A stretch of 64,000 nt of DNA from Patescibacteria group bacterium (GTDB lineage Bacteria > Patescibacteriota > Microgenomatia > UBA8517), in the NCBI GenBank assembly GCA_035291665.1, contig DATDRP010000003.1:148549-212548 (forward strand). Direction: 5' to 3'. Positions within the stretch are counted from its first letter, which is position 1; every line of letters starts with the position of its first letter. The translations under genes and the position numbers were made by a program. The notes under the pieces were generated by a model. It was not told the DNA's origin. It was given only the letters and a program-made list of their open reading frames with translations, and did not search any database. Shown here one piece after another: positions 9,596 through 20,248 of the stretch.

Positions 9596-11521
9596 TTATT
9601 TCTTCCCCACCAACTTCTCGAATCCTTCTCTGTCAAGAGTTTCGTATTTTAACAAGCCTTCGGCAACTTTGTCCAGTTTTGCTTTATTTTTCTTGACCAG
9701 AATAACCGCAATCTTATATGCAGAATCAACTATCTTCATTATCTCGTTATCTACCTTTTCCTGGATTGCGGGAGAGATGTTTGCGGGCTCATAGTACATA
9801 GCCTTTCCCATCTCATCGGAATCGTATTGCGGACCCAAATTAACAGGCCCCAATGAACTCATGCCAAAGTCCACCACCATCGCCCGGGCAAGGCGTGTGG
9901 CCTGCTCAATATCATTACTTGCGCCCGATGTCATCTCCTTAAAAATTACTTCTTCAGCGGCCCGACCTCCAAGCATGGCCGTAATTTGCTGAAGAATTCT
10001 TGATCTTGTTTCATGAGTTCGATCAGCTGCCGGAGGAATCAAAGTATGTCCAAGACTCATTCCACGCGCAACTATCGAAATCCTTTGTACCGGATCCATA
10101 AATTCCTGGAAATGGGTAACAATCGCATGACCGGCTTCGTGGTAAGCAGTTATTTTTTTATCAAGTTCCGACTGCAATTTTTTCTTCGCCGGACCGAGTT
10201 TCACTTTTGTTGCAGCTTCCTGAATATCGCTCATTTCAATTTCTTCTTTATCTTCCCGGGCGGCTAATATTGCGGCTTCATTAAGCATGTTTTCTATATC
10301 CGCTCCTGAAAACCCGACTGTTGAATCGGCAATCCTTACCCAATCAATCCCTTTTGCCATTTTTTTACCTTTTGCGTGAATTTTTAATATTGCATCTCTT
10401 CCGTCTTTGTCCGGCATATCAAGCATCACTCTTCTGTCAAAACGTCCCGGGCGAAGGAGTGCCGGATCAAGTAAATCCCCTCTATTGGTGGCGGCGATCA
10501 CAACAACATTATCGTTTGGAGTAAAGCCATCCATTTCCACCAAAATTTGATTCAAGGTTTGTTCGCGCTCATCATGGCCACCGATAAAACCCCGTCCGCG
10601 CTGCCGCCCAATTGCATCAATTTCATCAATAAATATGATTGATGGAGCTTGAGCTTTTGCGGTTGAAAAAAGGTCTCTCACACGGGACGCTCCGACTCCG
10701 ACTAACATTTCCATAAACTCGGATCCGGCCATGGAGAAAAAAGGAACCCCCGCTTGTCCGGCAACTGCTCTTGCAAGAAGAGTTTTTCCGACACCAGCCG
10801 GACCAAAAAGAAGAACTCCTTTCGGAGTACGCGCTCCGATTTTCCTGTATTTTGCCGGATTCTTCAAAAAATCCACCACTTCTTCAAGTTCTTTCTTGGC
10901 ATCATCAACTCCGGCAACATCGTCAAAGGTAACATCCTGTTTTCCTTTGGCAAATAGCTTTGCTTTACTCCGTCCGAAAGAAAAAATATCCTGCGCATTT
11001 TTATTTTGAGCCCTAAAGATTGCGATAAATATAATTGCCGTGATAAGAAGTGGAAGAAGAATACCCAAGATTTCGCCAAATGCTCTTGAGAAAGACTGGT
11101 CAACAACTTTATATTTCACATCTGAAGGTTTTTTACCAATTTTATCCAGAAGTTCTGAAAGAGAATCTGTACTTTCTTTGGTAGTAGTTTTTGTTGAACC
11201 GTCTTTATACGTCAGAACCAGTTTTGAATCCTGAACAACAATTTCGTCAACTTTATCGTCTTTTATATCATTCAAAGCTTGCGATATATCAAGTTTCTGT
11301 TCAAGGTTGGAAATTTCAAAAATTGAAGCAAAAAAAGGTGCGAAAAAGATAAACAAAAAGACTGCAATCAAAATTTTCCATAAATTAATTTTGATTTTTA
11401 ATTCTACTTTTCTCTTTTTTACGCCATTTGCAAGGGGCTTACCTGTTTTCAATAATCCGCCGAGGAGTCTCTTCTCGATCGGATTTTGTTTTTTATCTTT
11501 ATCTTTACTCTTCTTTTCCAT
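9596..11521 (-). CDS. ftsH: ATP-dependent zinc metalloprotease FtsH
   Basis: TM helix, AAA domain [19 protein letters not shown] region, and zinc motif HEAGHA. Confidence 0.9.
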   Translation of the reverse strand: MEKKSKDKDKKQNPIEKRLLGGLLKTGKPLANGVKKRKVELKIKINLWKILIAVFLFIFFAPFFASIFEISNLEQKLDISQALNDIKDDKVDEIVVQDSKLVLTYKDGSTKTTTKESTDSLSELLDKIGKKPSDVKYKVVDQSFSRAFGEILGILLPLLITAIIFIAIFRAQNKNAQDIFSFGRSKAKLFAKGKQDVTFDDVAGVDDAKKELEEVVDFLKNPAKYRKIGARTPKGVLLFGPAGVGKTLLARAVAGQAGVPFFSMAGSEFMEMLVGVGASRVRDLFSTAKAQAPSIIFIDEIDAIGRQRGRGFIGGHDEREQTLNQILVEMDGFTPNDNVVVIAATNRGDLLDPALLRPGRFDRRVMLDMPDKDGRDAILKIHAKGKKMAKGIDWVRIADSTVGFSGADIENMLNEAAILAAREDKEEIEMSDIQEAATKVKLGPAKKKLQSELDKKITAYHEAGHAIVTHFQEFMDPVQRISIVARGMSLGHTLIPPAADRTHETRSRILQQITAMLGGRAAEEVIFKEMTSGASNDIEQATRLARAMVVDFGMSSLGPVNLGPQYDSDEMGKAMYYEPANISPAIQEKVDNEIMKIVDSAYKIAVILVKKNKAKLDKVAEGLLKYETLDREGFEKLVGKK

Positions 11522-11600
11522 AGGAAAATTACGTTTGAATTATAACATGGAAAGGTTGTGGGTGATAGGTTGTAGGTTGTTGGATATTTTTCGAATTTTT
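11522..11600 (-). promoter_or_regulatory. Putative ftsH promoter: extended -10 TGTTATAAT preceded by CCTACAAC-type direct repeats
   Basis: Minus strand reads CCAACAACCTACAACCTATCACCCACAACC...TGTTATAAT-17nt-ATG. No Shine-Dalgarno sequence. Confidence 0.35.
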
Positions 11601-11612
11601 ATGATCCTGATC

Positions 11613-11876
11613 TCAAGATCTTTCGCGTCTTGACCGTCTTATTGTACAAAAAGTTCTTGCTAAACATTTTGAACAGGGTAAATTTTTAATGACTTCATAA
11701 TTAAGCATTCCGATATGGTCTCTCAGCTCTGCTGCATTACTGTAATGCTTCTTTGATTGGGCTTCATCGGAAGAATTTAAAGCAAGCTTTGCGCATTCCT
11801 GTTCTTCTTGGGACAATTCATCTCCCAGCTGAACCAGCTGTTCTCTACGGCAGGATGAAAAGTTGTAGGTTACCAT
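11613..11876 (-). CDS. Hypothetical small Cys-containing protein
   Basis: ORF only. Confidence 0.3.
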   Translation of the reverse strand: MVTYNFSSCRREQLVQLGDELSQEEQECAKLALNSSDEAQSKKHYSNAAELRDHIGMLNYEVIKNLPCSKCLARTFCTIRRSRRERS

Positions 11877-11973
11877 AAACCTCTATTCTTAATACTATGG
11901 GTAAAACAACTTTTGCGGTTAATATAGGTAAATCGCAAGTAAAAAAACACCATAGTCTTCAAGTCGTGGCAGT

Positions 11974-12504
11974 CTATTCTTCGAAATAGGTTTTATTAAC
12001 TTTTCTTAGACTTTTCCTTCCTGGCATGTACATATATTCCAGTTCTGCGGTAGTCACCTCACCAAAACCAATTGATACGGGTATACCCGAATATTTTCTT
12101 AACAACTTAGGGCTTATATCATCAAAAAAACTTAATATTAAACCTTCTTCCTTCGTTACATCCGATGAAAATTTATCATTGAAAACTACAAGCGCAACCT
12201 TTTGAATATTCAGGTCAACCCACAGCTGTCCGTAAACTATTTTCTCCCATTTCATTCCTTCTTGTTTAAGAATTATATCCAAATATTCATGCTTATTTAT
12301 ATTCGCAAAAATATTTTTTCTATTACCGTAAAGGTCTGTTGTGTGTGCCAAAAAAATATAAGGCGCAGAAAATTCTTGTGTCTTCACCTTGGTTAAAATT
12401 CCAAGGTTTCCCTTATCCAAAACTGAATCATAATATACAGGATATGGAAAACCCATTATTTCAGAGGGTAAATTTGAACGTTTGACAGTTTCTGCCGGTG
12501 ACAT
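11974..12504 (-). CDS. Hypothetical protein
   Basis: 176-aa ORF with no recognised motif. Confidence 0.4.
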   Translation of the reverse strand: MSPAETVKRSNLPSEIMGFPYPVYYDSVLDKGNLGILTKVKTQEFSAPYIFLAHTTDLYGNRKNIFANINKHEYLDIILKQEGMKWEKIVYGQLWVDLNIQKVALVVFNDKFSSDVTKEEGLILSFFDDISPKLLRKYSGIPVSIGFGEVTTAELEYMYMPGRKSLRKVNKTYFEE

Positions 12505-12665
12505 GTTTAAAATAAACTACCCCACCCTACGTTACGCTTAAGGTGGGGTATTCCTTTCGGACAAGTTTGTTCGCTGCTTCGCTTCATCCCCACCCTACAG
12601 GCGGAGTATTCGCGAAGTTCGAATAGAGAAGCTATTTTAACAAATATATAACTAAATACAAAAAA

Positions 12666-13046
12666 CTACATCACTTTTGTTCCGTTGGGTACTTTTTTTG
12701 GAAGTTGGAAAAGAACCGGTTTTTCAAAAACTTCCTCTCCTTCAACTACAACAAATGCTTTATCTGAAATCTCGACGGCCATCAACATCATTCCTTCTGA
12801 AAAATCACCCTCCGGACCGATTTTTTTCTTCTCCAAATTAGTGATAAACGGGAATTGTTTTCCTTCAAGGTCCTCTGGTTTATAAAAATGCATTATCCCG
12901 GCGAAAACGACCCTCTCGCCAATCTCGGTGCCCAGGTCGACTTTCATCTTCATCACCCAATGGCTCCACTCCGGTACTTCTGCCTTGATTACGGTTCCTA
13001 CCCTGATATCTAACTTTTGAAAATCTTGAATTGATATCGTACTCAT
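12666..13046 (-). CDS. tRNA-binding domain protein (CsaA/YgjH/Myf-like)
   Basis: FQKLDIRVGTVIKAE...MLMAV, characteristic of the EMAP/Myf tRNA-binding OB fold. Confidence 0.65.
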   Translation of the reverse strand: MSTISIQDFQKLDIRVGTVIKAEVPEWSHWVMKMKVDLGTEIGERVVFAGIMHFYKPEDLEGKQFPFITNLEKKKIGPEGDFSEGMMLMAVEISDKAFVVVEGEEVFEKPVLFQLPKKVPNGTKVM

Positions 13047-13104
13047 ATCAGAAATAATAACACAAAAATATTAAGTATTAAAAAGAGGAGTGAAGAGGCT
13101 CAAT

Positions 13105-13443
13105 TTAACTTATTTTTGATCTATAGATAACAAGTGAAGCTAATTCAAGTTCTCTTTGAAATACTAGAATGTCATCAGGACAATGATTATCGTTTGTCTT
13201 GTTTTTTACATCTTGATAAGCCTGTTTATGAATTGAGTCTGCCTGGGTTTTGTCTAATGTAAGATATGACTCAACCCCACCCGCAGAATATATAACACCG
13301 TCACAATCATAATCACCTTTCGAATTGCATAAAAAAGTATTAACAACTTTACACATTACTCTCCCCTCCTGAGGTTTTTTTAAGACCTGAGCTTTTACCG
13401 CCTCCGGACTTGAGCCGTTGCCTGAATGACGTGGAAACTCCAT
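13105..13443 (-). CDS. Hypothetical Cys-rich protein
   Basis: ORF with six Cys. No homology recognised. Confidence 0.3.
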   Translation of the reverse strand: MEFPRHSGNGSSPEAVKAQVLKKPQEGRVMCKVVNTFLCNSKGDYDCDGVIYSAGGVESYLTLDKTQADSIHKQAYQDVKNKTNDNHCPDDILVFQRELELASLVIYRSKIS

Positions 13444-13511
13444 AGCAATGCGTATTATATAAAAAACCCATAGTAAGTCAAATATGATATGGGGCTTACG
13501 GGGTATAATAA

Positions 13512-13784
13512 TTATTTATTGTGTCCTAATGCTTTTATCGTATTTTCCCTAGTTATTTGTATTATTTCTTCGAGTTCCTGCCCTAAAGTCCTTCGAGGTA
13601 TCAAGCCAAGTTCAACAGAATAATCCGCCAAAGTGTTATATTTAGGATCGTTTTTCAATGCGCCCAAAGTATTGACTACTGTTCTACCTTCGCCATTGTC
13701 TTTCAACACAACCCCATCGATTTTTATATCACCTCTACCATTTATCGTGAGTGATTTGTTCCGTAGCTCCTGTAATAATCCCAT
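13512..13784 (-). CDS. Hypothetical protein
   Basis: ORF only. Confidence 0.3.
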   Translation of the reverse strand: MGLLQELRNKSLTINGRGDIKIDGVVLKDNGEGRTVVNTLGALKNDPKYNTLADYSVELGLIPRRTLGQELEEIIQITRENTIKALGHNK

Positions 13785-13863
13785 AATTGCCTGAAATTGT
13801 AATTATAAAAAAATCTAAAGTCAAGAAGTCTTAAAAAACTTTAAATTTTAATTTTTTACTAAT

Positions 13864-15318
13864 CTAGAAATTCTCATGTCTCTTAATCAGTAAAACCCTC
13901 CATTTGGAATTTCTCAAGCTATATTTGTCGTCAACGACTCCATCCCTAAAACCGTTTATCAAATTTGCCGGGTCTTTCCGAACCTGATCCTCATCACCGG
14001 TTGTCACAACAAACAAATTATCCGTAATGTCATATTGGTTTTCAGGTAGGAATGTTACGTCTTTCACCAAAAGACTTTCGCGATAGATCACACCGAACGG
14101 ATCCGGATCAGGACTTTGTAAAACGGTGATATTTACATTCTTAAGATTATCGGAATGAACCCGGCTGGCAATATAATTATTGATAAACCTTACAGTCAAA
14201 GCACTTGGTTCACGAACAGGTTTCGTCAAATAATCTCTCACCGATCCCAAACTTGCTGCAAGCATAAGAATAACTGTCAGCTTAACCACGTTCTCCTGAG
14301 ACTTTTCCCTTTTTGAAAAAAGCCAGACAACAAAGAAGCCTATAGATAAATAAAAATACCGATTGAAATATTCAGGTAAGAATGAAATTGCAACGATCTG
14401 AGTAAAAACAGGAAGAAAGTAAACAAGATTAACTTTCCGCTTGCGCGCATCGTTAATAACTAAATACGAAAAACTAAAAACTAAAAATAAAAATATTATG
14501 AGATTACCTCCCGATAAATGATTGAAAAGGAGTTTGAAATTATTAATTGTTGTAATTAAAAATACTGACATGTTCCCACCACCACTCCCGACAATATTCT
14601 CATGCAGAAAACGTCCGAAAAAAAGTCCCGGCGGTTTGAGAAGATCAAAAATAACAAACGGGATAAAAGCCGCTGCAAATGAAATTAATAGAAGTAAATT
14701 GTTTTTCAAATTCTGAAGCTTCCTTGATTTTTCTGTAACAAAACCCTTCACAAATAGAATCACTAGAAAGGTGGCGGTCGAAACAATTGAAAAATAATGA
14801 AGGTGAAAAGTCAGTCCAAAAAGAAATCCTGAAACCAGTAATAACTTACGATTGTTTTCGCTTTTCAGAAAAAATATTAAAGCCAAAATCTGTATAAACG
14901 GAACCAGATGGGGATTCCAGGCAATCCTTGATGAGTCAACTAGTGGAAACCACAAAAGAGTTAAAATTGACGCCCAAAAGATAAATTTCTTATTTACTAA
15001 ACTCACCAAATAAACCAATAAAATCGCTGTCGCGACTCCGTAAAATGCAGCTCCCAAGGCCAAGGAATCCGGCTCAAAATTACCCCAGTATGAAAAAGGC
15101 AATAACATATAGAAAGTTAACGACGGATAAATAATATTTTTAGCGCCATTTATGGGACCTATTAGTGTGATATCTTTAGTCACCCAAATCCGATGAATAT
15201 CACGAAGATTTCTTGCATCATCATGATCGAATCTTGTGGTCGCGGAAAGATTATAAAAACGTGTGAATAAAAGCGCGAAAACAAAAATTATAAGAAGTAT
15301 TTTTCGAAGCATATACAA
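13864..15318 (-). CDS. Polytopic membrane glycosyltransferase (ArnT/PMT-like, GT39/GT83 family)
   Basis: About 12 TM helices. N-terminal RFDHDDARN loop typical of GT-C mannosyltransferases. Confidence 0.5.
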   Translation of the reverse strand: MYMLRKILLIIFVFALLFTRFYNLSATTRFDHDDARNLRDIHRIWVTKDITLIGPINGAKNIIYPSLTFYMLLPFSYWGNFEPDSLALGAAFYGVATAILLVYLVSLVNKKFIFWASILTLLWFPLVDSSRIAWNPHLVPFIQILALIFFLKSENNRKLLLVSGFLFGLTFHLHYFSIVSTATFLVILFVKGFVTEKSRKLQNLKNNLLLLISFAAAFIPFVIFDLLKPPGLFFGRFLHENIVGSGGGNMSVFLITTINNFKLLFNHLSGGNLIIFLFLVFSFSYLVINDARKRKVNLVYFLPVFTQIVAISFLPEYFNRYFYLSIGFFVVWLFSKREKSQENVVKLTVILMLAASLGSVRDYLTKPVREPSALTVRFINNYIASRVHSDNLKNVNITVLQSPDPDPFGVIYRESLLVKDVTFLPENQYDITDNLFVVTTGDEDQVRKDPANLINGFRDGVVDDKYSLRNSKWRVLLIKRHENF

Positions 15319-15344
15319 ATTCTAACAAAAATTTCGCATATTTT

Positions 15345-15839
15345 TTGATAATTGTCACATTCGATAATATAATTCCTGGCATGAGTGAAAGATATATAAA
15401 AGAAATTCATCCCGACGGAAGAAGTTTTATAAATAAGCCCATTAATCCAGACCTACCTAAGGTGCTAATTGTCGATGATGAAAAAGACCTGGTTGAATTA
15501 TTTGTAGCCGGCTTGAGGACGCGAGGGTTCAACGCAACAGGACTTTTCATCAACCTGAGGGTTGATGATAATCAAGCATTCAAAACAATAACGAATACTA
15601 TTCGTGATAAATGCCAGAAAAGAATATTGGTGATTGATTACGGCTTGGGAGCTATTGATGCGCGACTAATACTTGAACGTTTGACCGATGAAACCAGAGC
15701 AATCATACTTTCAGGAGCAAGTTCGAGTTTGAAAACATATTTGGAATTTCGAAAGAACGATCTTGAAGTGTTGGTTAAGCCAGTGAGTTTTAAGAGTTTA
15801 GTTGATACGATCATGAACCCTGCACCCTCTACAAAATAA
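15345..15839 (+). CDS. Orphan response-regulator receiver domain protein
   Basis: KVLIVDDEKDLVELF and ILVIDYGLG give the acidic pocket and phospho-Asp. No output domain. Confidence 0.5.
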   Translation: MIIVTFDNIIPGMSERYIKEIHPDGRSFINKPINPDLPKVLIVDDEKDLVELFVAGLRTRGFNATGLFINLRVDDNQAFKTITNTIRDKCQKRILVIDYGLGAIDARLILERLTDETRAIILSGASSSLKTYLEFRKNDLEVLVKPVSFKSLVDTIMNPAPSTK

Positions 15840-15904
15840 ATCCAACTTTTTCATAAACTTCCTTCAGCTTCTTTCCTGAAATCTCTCTTTCAATAAAAAT
15901 ATTT

Positions 15905-17362
15905 TTATTCTATCAGCTTATTAATTCCCATTTTTTCCCTGACCTTTTCAACTGTCTCAACAACAACTTTACGTGCTCGTTTTGTCCCCTCAATTAAAAT
16001 CTCTTTTGCTTCATCAGGTCTTTCTTCATAATATTTTCTCTTCTCTCTTATTGGTGCAAGAAAATTATTTAAGGCAACAAATAACTTTTCTTTCACTTCA
16101 ATATCCCCCACTTTCCCATTCTTATACCTTTCTTTCAAATCAGATACTTCCTCTTTATTGGGATTAAAAGCGTCGTGGTAGATAAAAACAGGATTACCCT
16201 CTACTTTACCCGGATCTGTGGGGTGAATTCTATTGGGATCAGTGTACAAAGACATTACCTTTTTCTTCAAAGTTTCTTCATCATCGGAAAGAAGAATTGC
16301 GTTTCCGCCGCTTTTACTCATCTTTAATTTTCCATCGGTTCCGATAAGTCTTGCAACCCGACCAACTTTTGCTTCAGGAATAACAAATGTTTCACCATAT
16401 GCTTGATTAAAATCCCTGGCAATTTCCCTTGTTTGTTCGATAACCGGCAATTGATCTTCCCCAACCGGCACTAAGTTGGCATTGAAACCTAAAATGTCAG
16501 CAGCCTGAAGGATAGGATAAATAACAAAACCAACCGAAGGATCCAGTTTTTTGTATATAATTTCTTCTTTAACACTTGGATTTCTCAATGCTCTGGAATG
16601 CTTTACCATCGTTAAAAATAATCCATAGAGTTCATATATTTCAGGGATTCCCGATTCTAAAAATATAGTAGAGACATTGGGGTCAATTCCGACCGCAAGG
16701 TTGTCCAAAAAGACGTTATAAACATCCTCGTTTATCTTTTTTGAATTCTGATAGTTATTTGCATAGGCATGAATATTAGCCAAAAGAATATAAGTTTCAT
16801 ATTCACTTTGAAGTTTAACTCTGTTCTCCAAAGTTCCTAAAAAATGCCCAATATGCAATTTTCCAGTAGGTGTATCACCTGTTAAAATTCTTTTTCTTGT
16901 AACCAACTGAGCCACGTCAACAACTTCACTCAATGGAATTTTATTAAGATCGAGGGATCTATATTTTGTGGTTACTGAAAGACTGCCAGATCCTCCATAA
17001 ACAAATTCATTTTCAAAAACCCTCTTGTCAATTAAAGTTTTCAATCCTGTTAAATAATGTGCTGCACCGGAAGGCAAACCTGTTAATTTTGAGAATTCAT
17101 CACGGTTTGCAATTCTCAATTTCTTAACCTTTAATGCTTCTTTTGTTTTCTCCATATCAAGTTCTGTATCGCCTCTACGGATAATAGCAACAAAATTATC
17201 ATCAGCTTTCATCAGTAGTACCGCCGAACTCTCACTAATGGGTAGATTTAGGTAACTCATCACTTCTATTACATCAATTATCTCCGGGTGCTCTAAAAAT
17301 TTATGTTCTATACCTAATTCGCTTAAATATTTGCTGTATTCTTCAACGATTTTATTTATCAT
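15905..17362 (-). CDS. trpS: Tryptophanyl-tRNA synthetase with N-terminal YbaK/ProX-like deacylase domain
   Basis: Class I motifs [13 protein letters not shown] and [10 protein letters not shown], with a TrpRS-like C-terminus (LAPIREKR). The first ~150 aa align to YbaK (LEHPE...AVLLMK...[12 protein letters not shown]...VYGGSGS). Confidence 0.8.
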   Translation of the reverse strand: MINKIVEEYSKYLSELGIEHKFLEHPEIIDVIEVMSYLNLPISESSAVLLMKADDNFVAIIRRGDTELDMEKTKEALKVKKLRIANRDEFSKLTGLPSGAAHYLTGLKTLIDKRVFENEFVYGGSGSLSVTTKYRSLDLNKIPLSEVVDVAQLVTRKRILTGDTPTGKLHIGHFLGTLENRVKLQSEYETYILLANIHAYANNYQNSKKINEDVYNVFLDNLAVGIDPNVSTIFLESGIPEIYELYGLFLTMVKHSRALRNPSVKEEIIYKKLDPSVGFVIYPILQAADILGFNANLVPVGEDQLPVIEQTREIARDFNQAYGETFVIPEAKVGRVARLIGTDGKLKMSKSGGNAILLSDDEETLKKKVMSLYTDPNRIHPTDPGKVEGNPVFIYHDAFNPNKEEVSDLKERYKNGKVGDIEVKEKLFVALNNFLAPIREKRKYYEERPDEAKEILIEGTKRARKVVVETVEKVREKMGINKLIE

Positions 17363-17373
17363 ATTTTTATAGT

Positions 17374-18687
17374 TTATTGTATCACCCTCACTGGGTCTTT
17401 TAATTTAGTAAGAAATATCGATCGAGATTGAGGTCTATAAGCACCAATGAGTCTAGTTTCAAATCCTCTTCCATCAATTACAACTACAGGTGGTCTTTCA
17501 AACGAATCGAAAACAGCCGATAGTGCAAGTAGATTGGCAATTTGATGTGATGCTGTATATCTTGCCAGATCACGGTTGTATTTCCTCCCAAACATCTCAA
17601 CGTAATGCGTAAACTGATGATTTACTCTCATTTCCAAATTTTTTTCGCTAACCAATCTTCCCCCTCCATTTTTTGCTTCTTTGATAGCTTCCGAACAGAT
17701 TTTTTCATATTCATCTTTTTTTCCCGTTCTTTCAAGAAATCCAGTTAAAGAATCTACTGTTTCGATATCTTTATTCTGCTTTTTAAGGTATATAACATAA
17801 TCATTAGCTTGTCTTCGAGCACGATCTTTAGTTTGTGAATCTATCAATGGATTATTATCGGGAAAGAGATATTCCAAATCACGATCTGCAGCCAATACGG
17901 TTAGGCTGGATTTTATTCCATAATGACTTAGTAATTGCCTAATCGACTTAAGTCGCTCAAAAATCCCAATCTCATCAGGATAAACCCTTTTTTCCCCACT
18001 TAATCCAATGGATCTTGCTTGTTTTGTATTGGAGATAATTTCAAGTCCCCCTTGTTTTGGGTATGTATATCGCAAACTTTTTATATGAACCAAATTAATC
18101 GGCATTCCGCTTTCTAATGAAAACAATAAAGAACTTTTAAAGATCTTCTCGTTTACAATTGGTTCCGTTTGAAGAAGTTGCAGCTCCAGCAAACAACTTG
18201 AAAAATATTCTGCTTTTTTTGCTCCTACAGAATCAACTGCAAATATATAATCATTTTGCAGTTGGTCCTTATATTTATTAACCGCCAACTCAACCAAATA
18301 GGATATCTGCACTTTTGGGTCCTTCATTCTTGTTTGCAGTTCGTTTTGGACGATTGTTTTCGCTTTTAAATGAAGTGAAGGAAAATCAGAAAATTGCCCC
18401 AAAGCGGGATTAGCCTCAAGGTTTCTAACTTTTAAAGCTATTTCTTTTAACTCTCCAAAATTTTTTCCGTTTGTCGTACTCATTTTTTCTAATATCAAAT
18501 AATCAAAATTGCTCAAACCATCAATATTTCTTTTGTCTTTAAGATGTTTTAAGGTGTACTCATACGTACACTTAATCAATCTTGTAATTTCTGTTTCATC
18601 TGTTGGTAACTTAATATTTTGATAGGTTGTTTCCTCTATAACATTCTTTAGTGTTTTAGTAGGATACAGAAAACTCTTCCTTTGCAA
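17374..18687 (-). CDS. Hypothetical protein (437 aa)
   Basis: Long ORF with no recognisable motif. Confidence 0.45.
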   Translation of the reverse strand: MQRKSFLYPTKTLKNVIEETTYQNIKLPTDETEITRLIKCTYEYTLKHLKDKRNIDGLSNFDYLILEKMSTTNGKNFGELKEIALKVRNLEANPALGQFSDFPSLHLKAKTIVQNELQTRMKDPKVQISYLVELAVNKYKDQLQNDYIFAVDSVGAKKAEYFSSCLLELQLLQTEPIVNEKIFKSSLLFSLESGMPINLVHIKSLRYTYPKQGGLEIISNTKQARSIGLSGEKRVYPDEIGIFERLKSIRQLLSHYGIKSSLTVLAADRDLEYLFPDNNPLIDSQTKDRARRQANDYVIYLKKQNKDIETVDSLTGFLERTGKKDEYEKICSEAIKEAKNGGGRLVSEKNLEMRVNHQFTHYVEMFGRKYNRDLARYTASHQIANLLALSAVFDSFERPPVVVIDGRGFETRLIGAYRPQSRSIFLTKLKDPVRVIQ

Positions 18688-18689
18688 TC

Positions 18690-19160
18690 CAAACTAACCC
18701 CTGCTCGTTTTCAGAACTAGGGGTCCCTTTCATAACATTTAGTTCAATTTCTTTTGACATATTCTTTAAACAAAAAGCCCTTGTAAAACCACCAAAAAGA
18801 TGATCTTACAAGGGCTCTTCCTAATAAGGGCTAATGCCACCTTGTTTCGTTGTCTTAAATGAAAAATCCCGATTTAATCGGGACGTCAAATAAGTAAACC
18901 TTATTCATGACGTACTCCGTTTAAGCTTGCACTGAGCTTGCTGAAATGACATACGTTGCAGACTTTTACGGTTTCGCCTCCGTGATAGACTATCGCCTAC
19001 CCAGCTCCGGGATCCCAATCAATCCCTTCACAGCTTTTAATAAATTGTATGAGCATATTATCAAATATAATCCCAAAACGCAAATTTAAATTATTTATTG
19101 TCTCCAACCTCACTCTGTATCACTGTACCAGTACGGTGATACGGACGCTTTTAGAATTGA
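18690..19160 (-). ncRNA. ORF-poor ~470-bp region with a sigma70-like promoter (TTTGAT-17-TATTAA), an SD-led 17-codon ORF and two intrinsic terminators; candidate sRNA or leader-peptide locus
   Basis: Terminator hairpins at 18776-18814 (GCCCUUGUAA...UUACAAGGGC plus a U-run) and 18862-18885 (CCCGAUUUAAUCGGG plus U5). GGAG-6nt-ATG small ORF at 18855-18908. Confidence 0.25.
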
Positions 19161-19196
19161 TATATATTGAAGTAAGCTGAAGTAAAAAGGATGAAA

Positions 19197-19523
19197 TCAA
19201 TCTCCTTCTCTTTCTCTTTTTATACCAAATAATATTATCCGCCTAAACAGGTTCATTTTTTCTATTTGTTCAGTGTCTTTACAAGAAAGGGCTTCTTGAC
19301 GGAATTTTTTTGCACCATTACTGGCTTGTCGTATTATGGAACCTCTCATATCACCAAGTCCCTCTTCAGCTAAAACTAAAGCCGCCTCATCCTCATTTAA
19401 TTCCCTACCCAATTCTCTTTTCTTAGCTGATATAATCCCCTCAGCTCGTTCAAAATATTTCCCTTCTAAACCGTATTTATAAGCTAATATTTCAAAAAGA
19501 GTAAGTTCTCGCTTCATGTTCAA
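19197..19523 (-). CDS. Hypothetical protein
   Basis: ORF preceded by the conserved motif ...TTCCTTTTTACTTCAG... Confidence 0.4.
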   Translation of the reverse strand: MNMKRELTLFEILAYKYGLEGKYFERAEGIISAKKRELGRELNEDEAALVLAEEGLGDMRGSIIRQASNGAKKFRQEALSCKDTEQIEKMNLFRRIILFGIKREREGD

Positions 19524-19559
19524 GTATCATATATTTTCCTGAAGTAAAAAGGAAGAAAA

Positions 19560-19928
19560 TTAACTTGCGTGCATTCTTCGTTCAAATTCATTTATCAGAA
19601 GAATTATCCTGTTTGACAAGTCCTCACTTGTTTCGCTTTCTCCAGGAATAATAAATATGATATCCCCATGGCGATATCTTTCGGGATGTTTTTCAAGCTC
19701 GGCGTTTATTCCACCCCATGAACTTTTTACCGACAGTTTATACCTTTTTCTGCCTTTGCGTATTTCAAAGTCAACTCCTTTTATATCTAACCCCCTGCTA
19801 TGTATCACCCCATCAAGCTTCTTCTTGTCTTTCAATAATTCTAAAGCGCTTCTGATTCTCCTCTCACTGTTATTTCCTTTTTCTTTATGGATTGTCCTGA
19901 ATAAACTTTCAATGCTTCGCGTTGTCAT
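19560..19928 (-). CDS. Hypothetical protein
   Basis: ORF preceded by the same conserved upstream motif. Confidence 0.4.
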   Translation of the reverse strand: MTTRSIESLFRTIHKEKGNNSERRIRSALELLKDKKKLDGVIHSRGLDIKGVDFEIRKGRKRYKLSVKSSWGGINAELEKHPERYRHGDIIFIIPGESETSEDLSNRIILLINEFERRMHAS

Positions 19929-19996
19929 TGGAAAGAAATATACATCAAACTGAAGGTAAAAGGAAGCTAATCAATTGTCGATTATTGTGCTTGCTG

Positions 19997-20038
19997 TGCC
20001 AACGATAGGAATCGAACCTATGGCCCGTCGCTTATGGC
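19997..20038 (-). pseudogene. tRNA 3'-half fragment (T-arm ATAGG-TTCGATT-CCTAT, acceptor 3' CGTTGGC-A)
   Basis: T-arm and acceptor strand are present, but no matching 5' acceptor GCCAACG lies within 100 nt upstream. Confidence 0.35.
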
Positions 20039-20106
20039 AAAAGGATTTTGACATGTCGATCCAGATTCGCCATAACGAATCAAGGATTCGATATGTCACA
20101 AAATTG

Positions 20107-20182
20107 TGGTGCCAAGGGAGAGGATCGAACTCTCGACACCGCGCTTATGAAACGCGTGCTCTACCACTGAGCTACCCTGGCA
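20107..20182 (-). tRNA. tRNA-Met (anticodon CAT), 76 nt with encoded CCA
   Basis: Cloverleaf GCCAGGG-TA-GCTC-AGTGGTA-GAGC-A-CGCGT-TTCATAA-GCGCG-GTGTC-GAGAG-TTCGATC-CTCTC-CCTTGGC-A-CCA. Confidence 0.8.
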
Positions 20183-20188
20183 AATTTT

Positions 20189-20228
20189 GTGTCATGAAAC
20201 GCGTGCTCTACCACTGAGCTACGTTGGT
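20189..20228 (-). pseudogene. tRNA 5'-half fragment (acceptor CCAACG, D-arm, anticodon stem-loop with CAT)
   Basis: CCAACG-TA-GCTC-AGTGGTA-GAGC-A-CGCGT-TTCATGA. No 3' half follows. Its acceptor is complementary to the fragment at 19997-20038. Confidence 0.4.
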
Positions 20229-20248
20229 TAGATAAAAGTTCGAATGTG

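Noticed and set aside
12505-12665. Direct repeat TACCCCACCCTAC x2 with a CCCCACC/GGTGGGG hairpin.
   Set aside because: Most simply a terminator-like hairpin downstream of 12666..13046. There is no U-run, so it is weak and not reported as a feature.
18690-19160. tmRNA (ssrA) candidate. The minus strand has GGGAUUGAUUGGGAUCC resembling the tmRNA 5' end, and a GCA-initiated frame ATYVISASSVQA*.
   Set aside because: There is no tRNA-like T-arm or acceptor (GGUUCGAnUCC...CCA) at the 3' end, and the tag does not end in Ala-Ala. I list it as a generic ncRNA/leader candidate instead.
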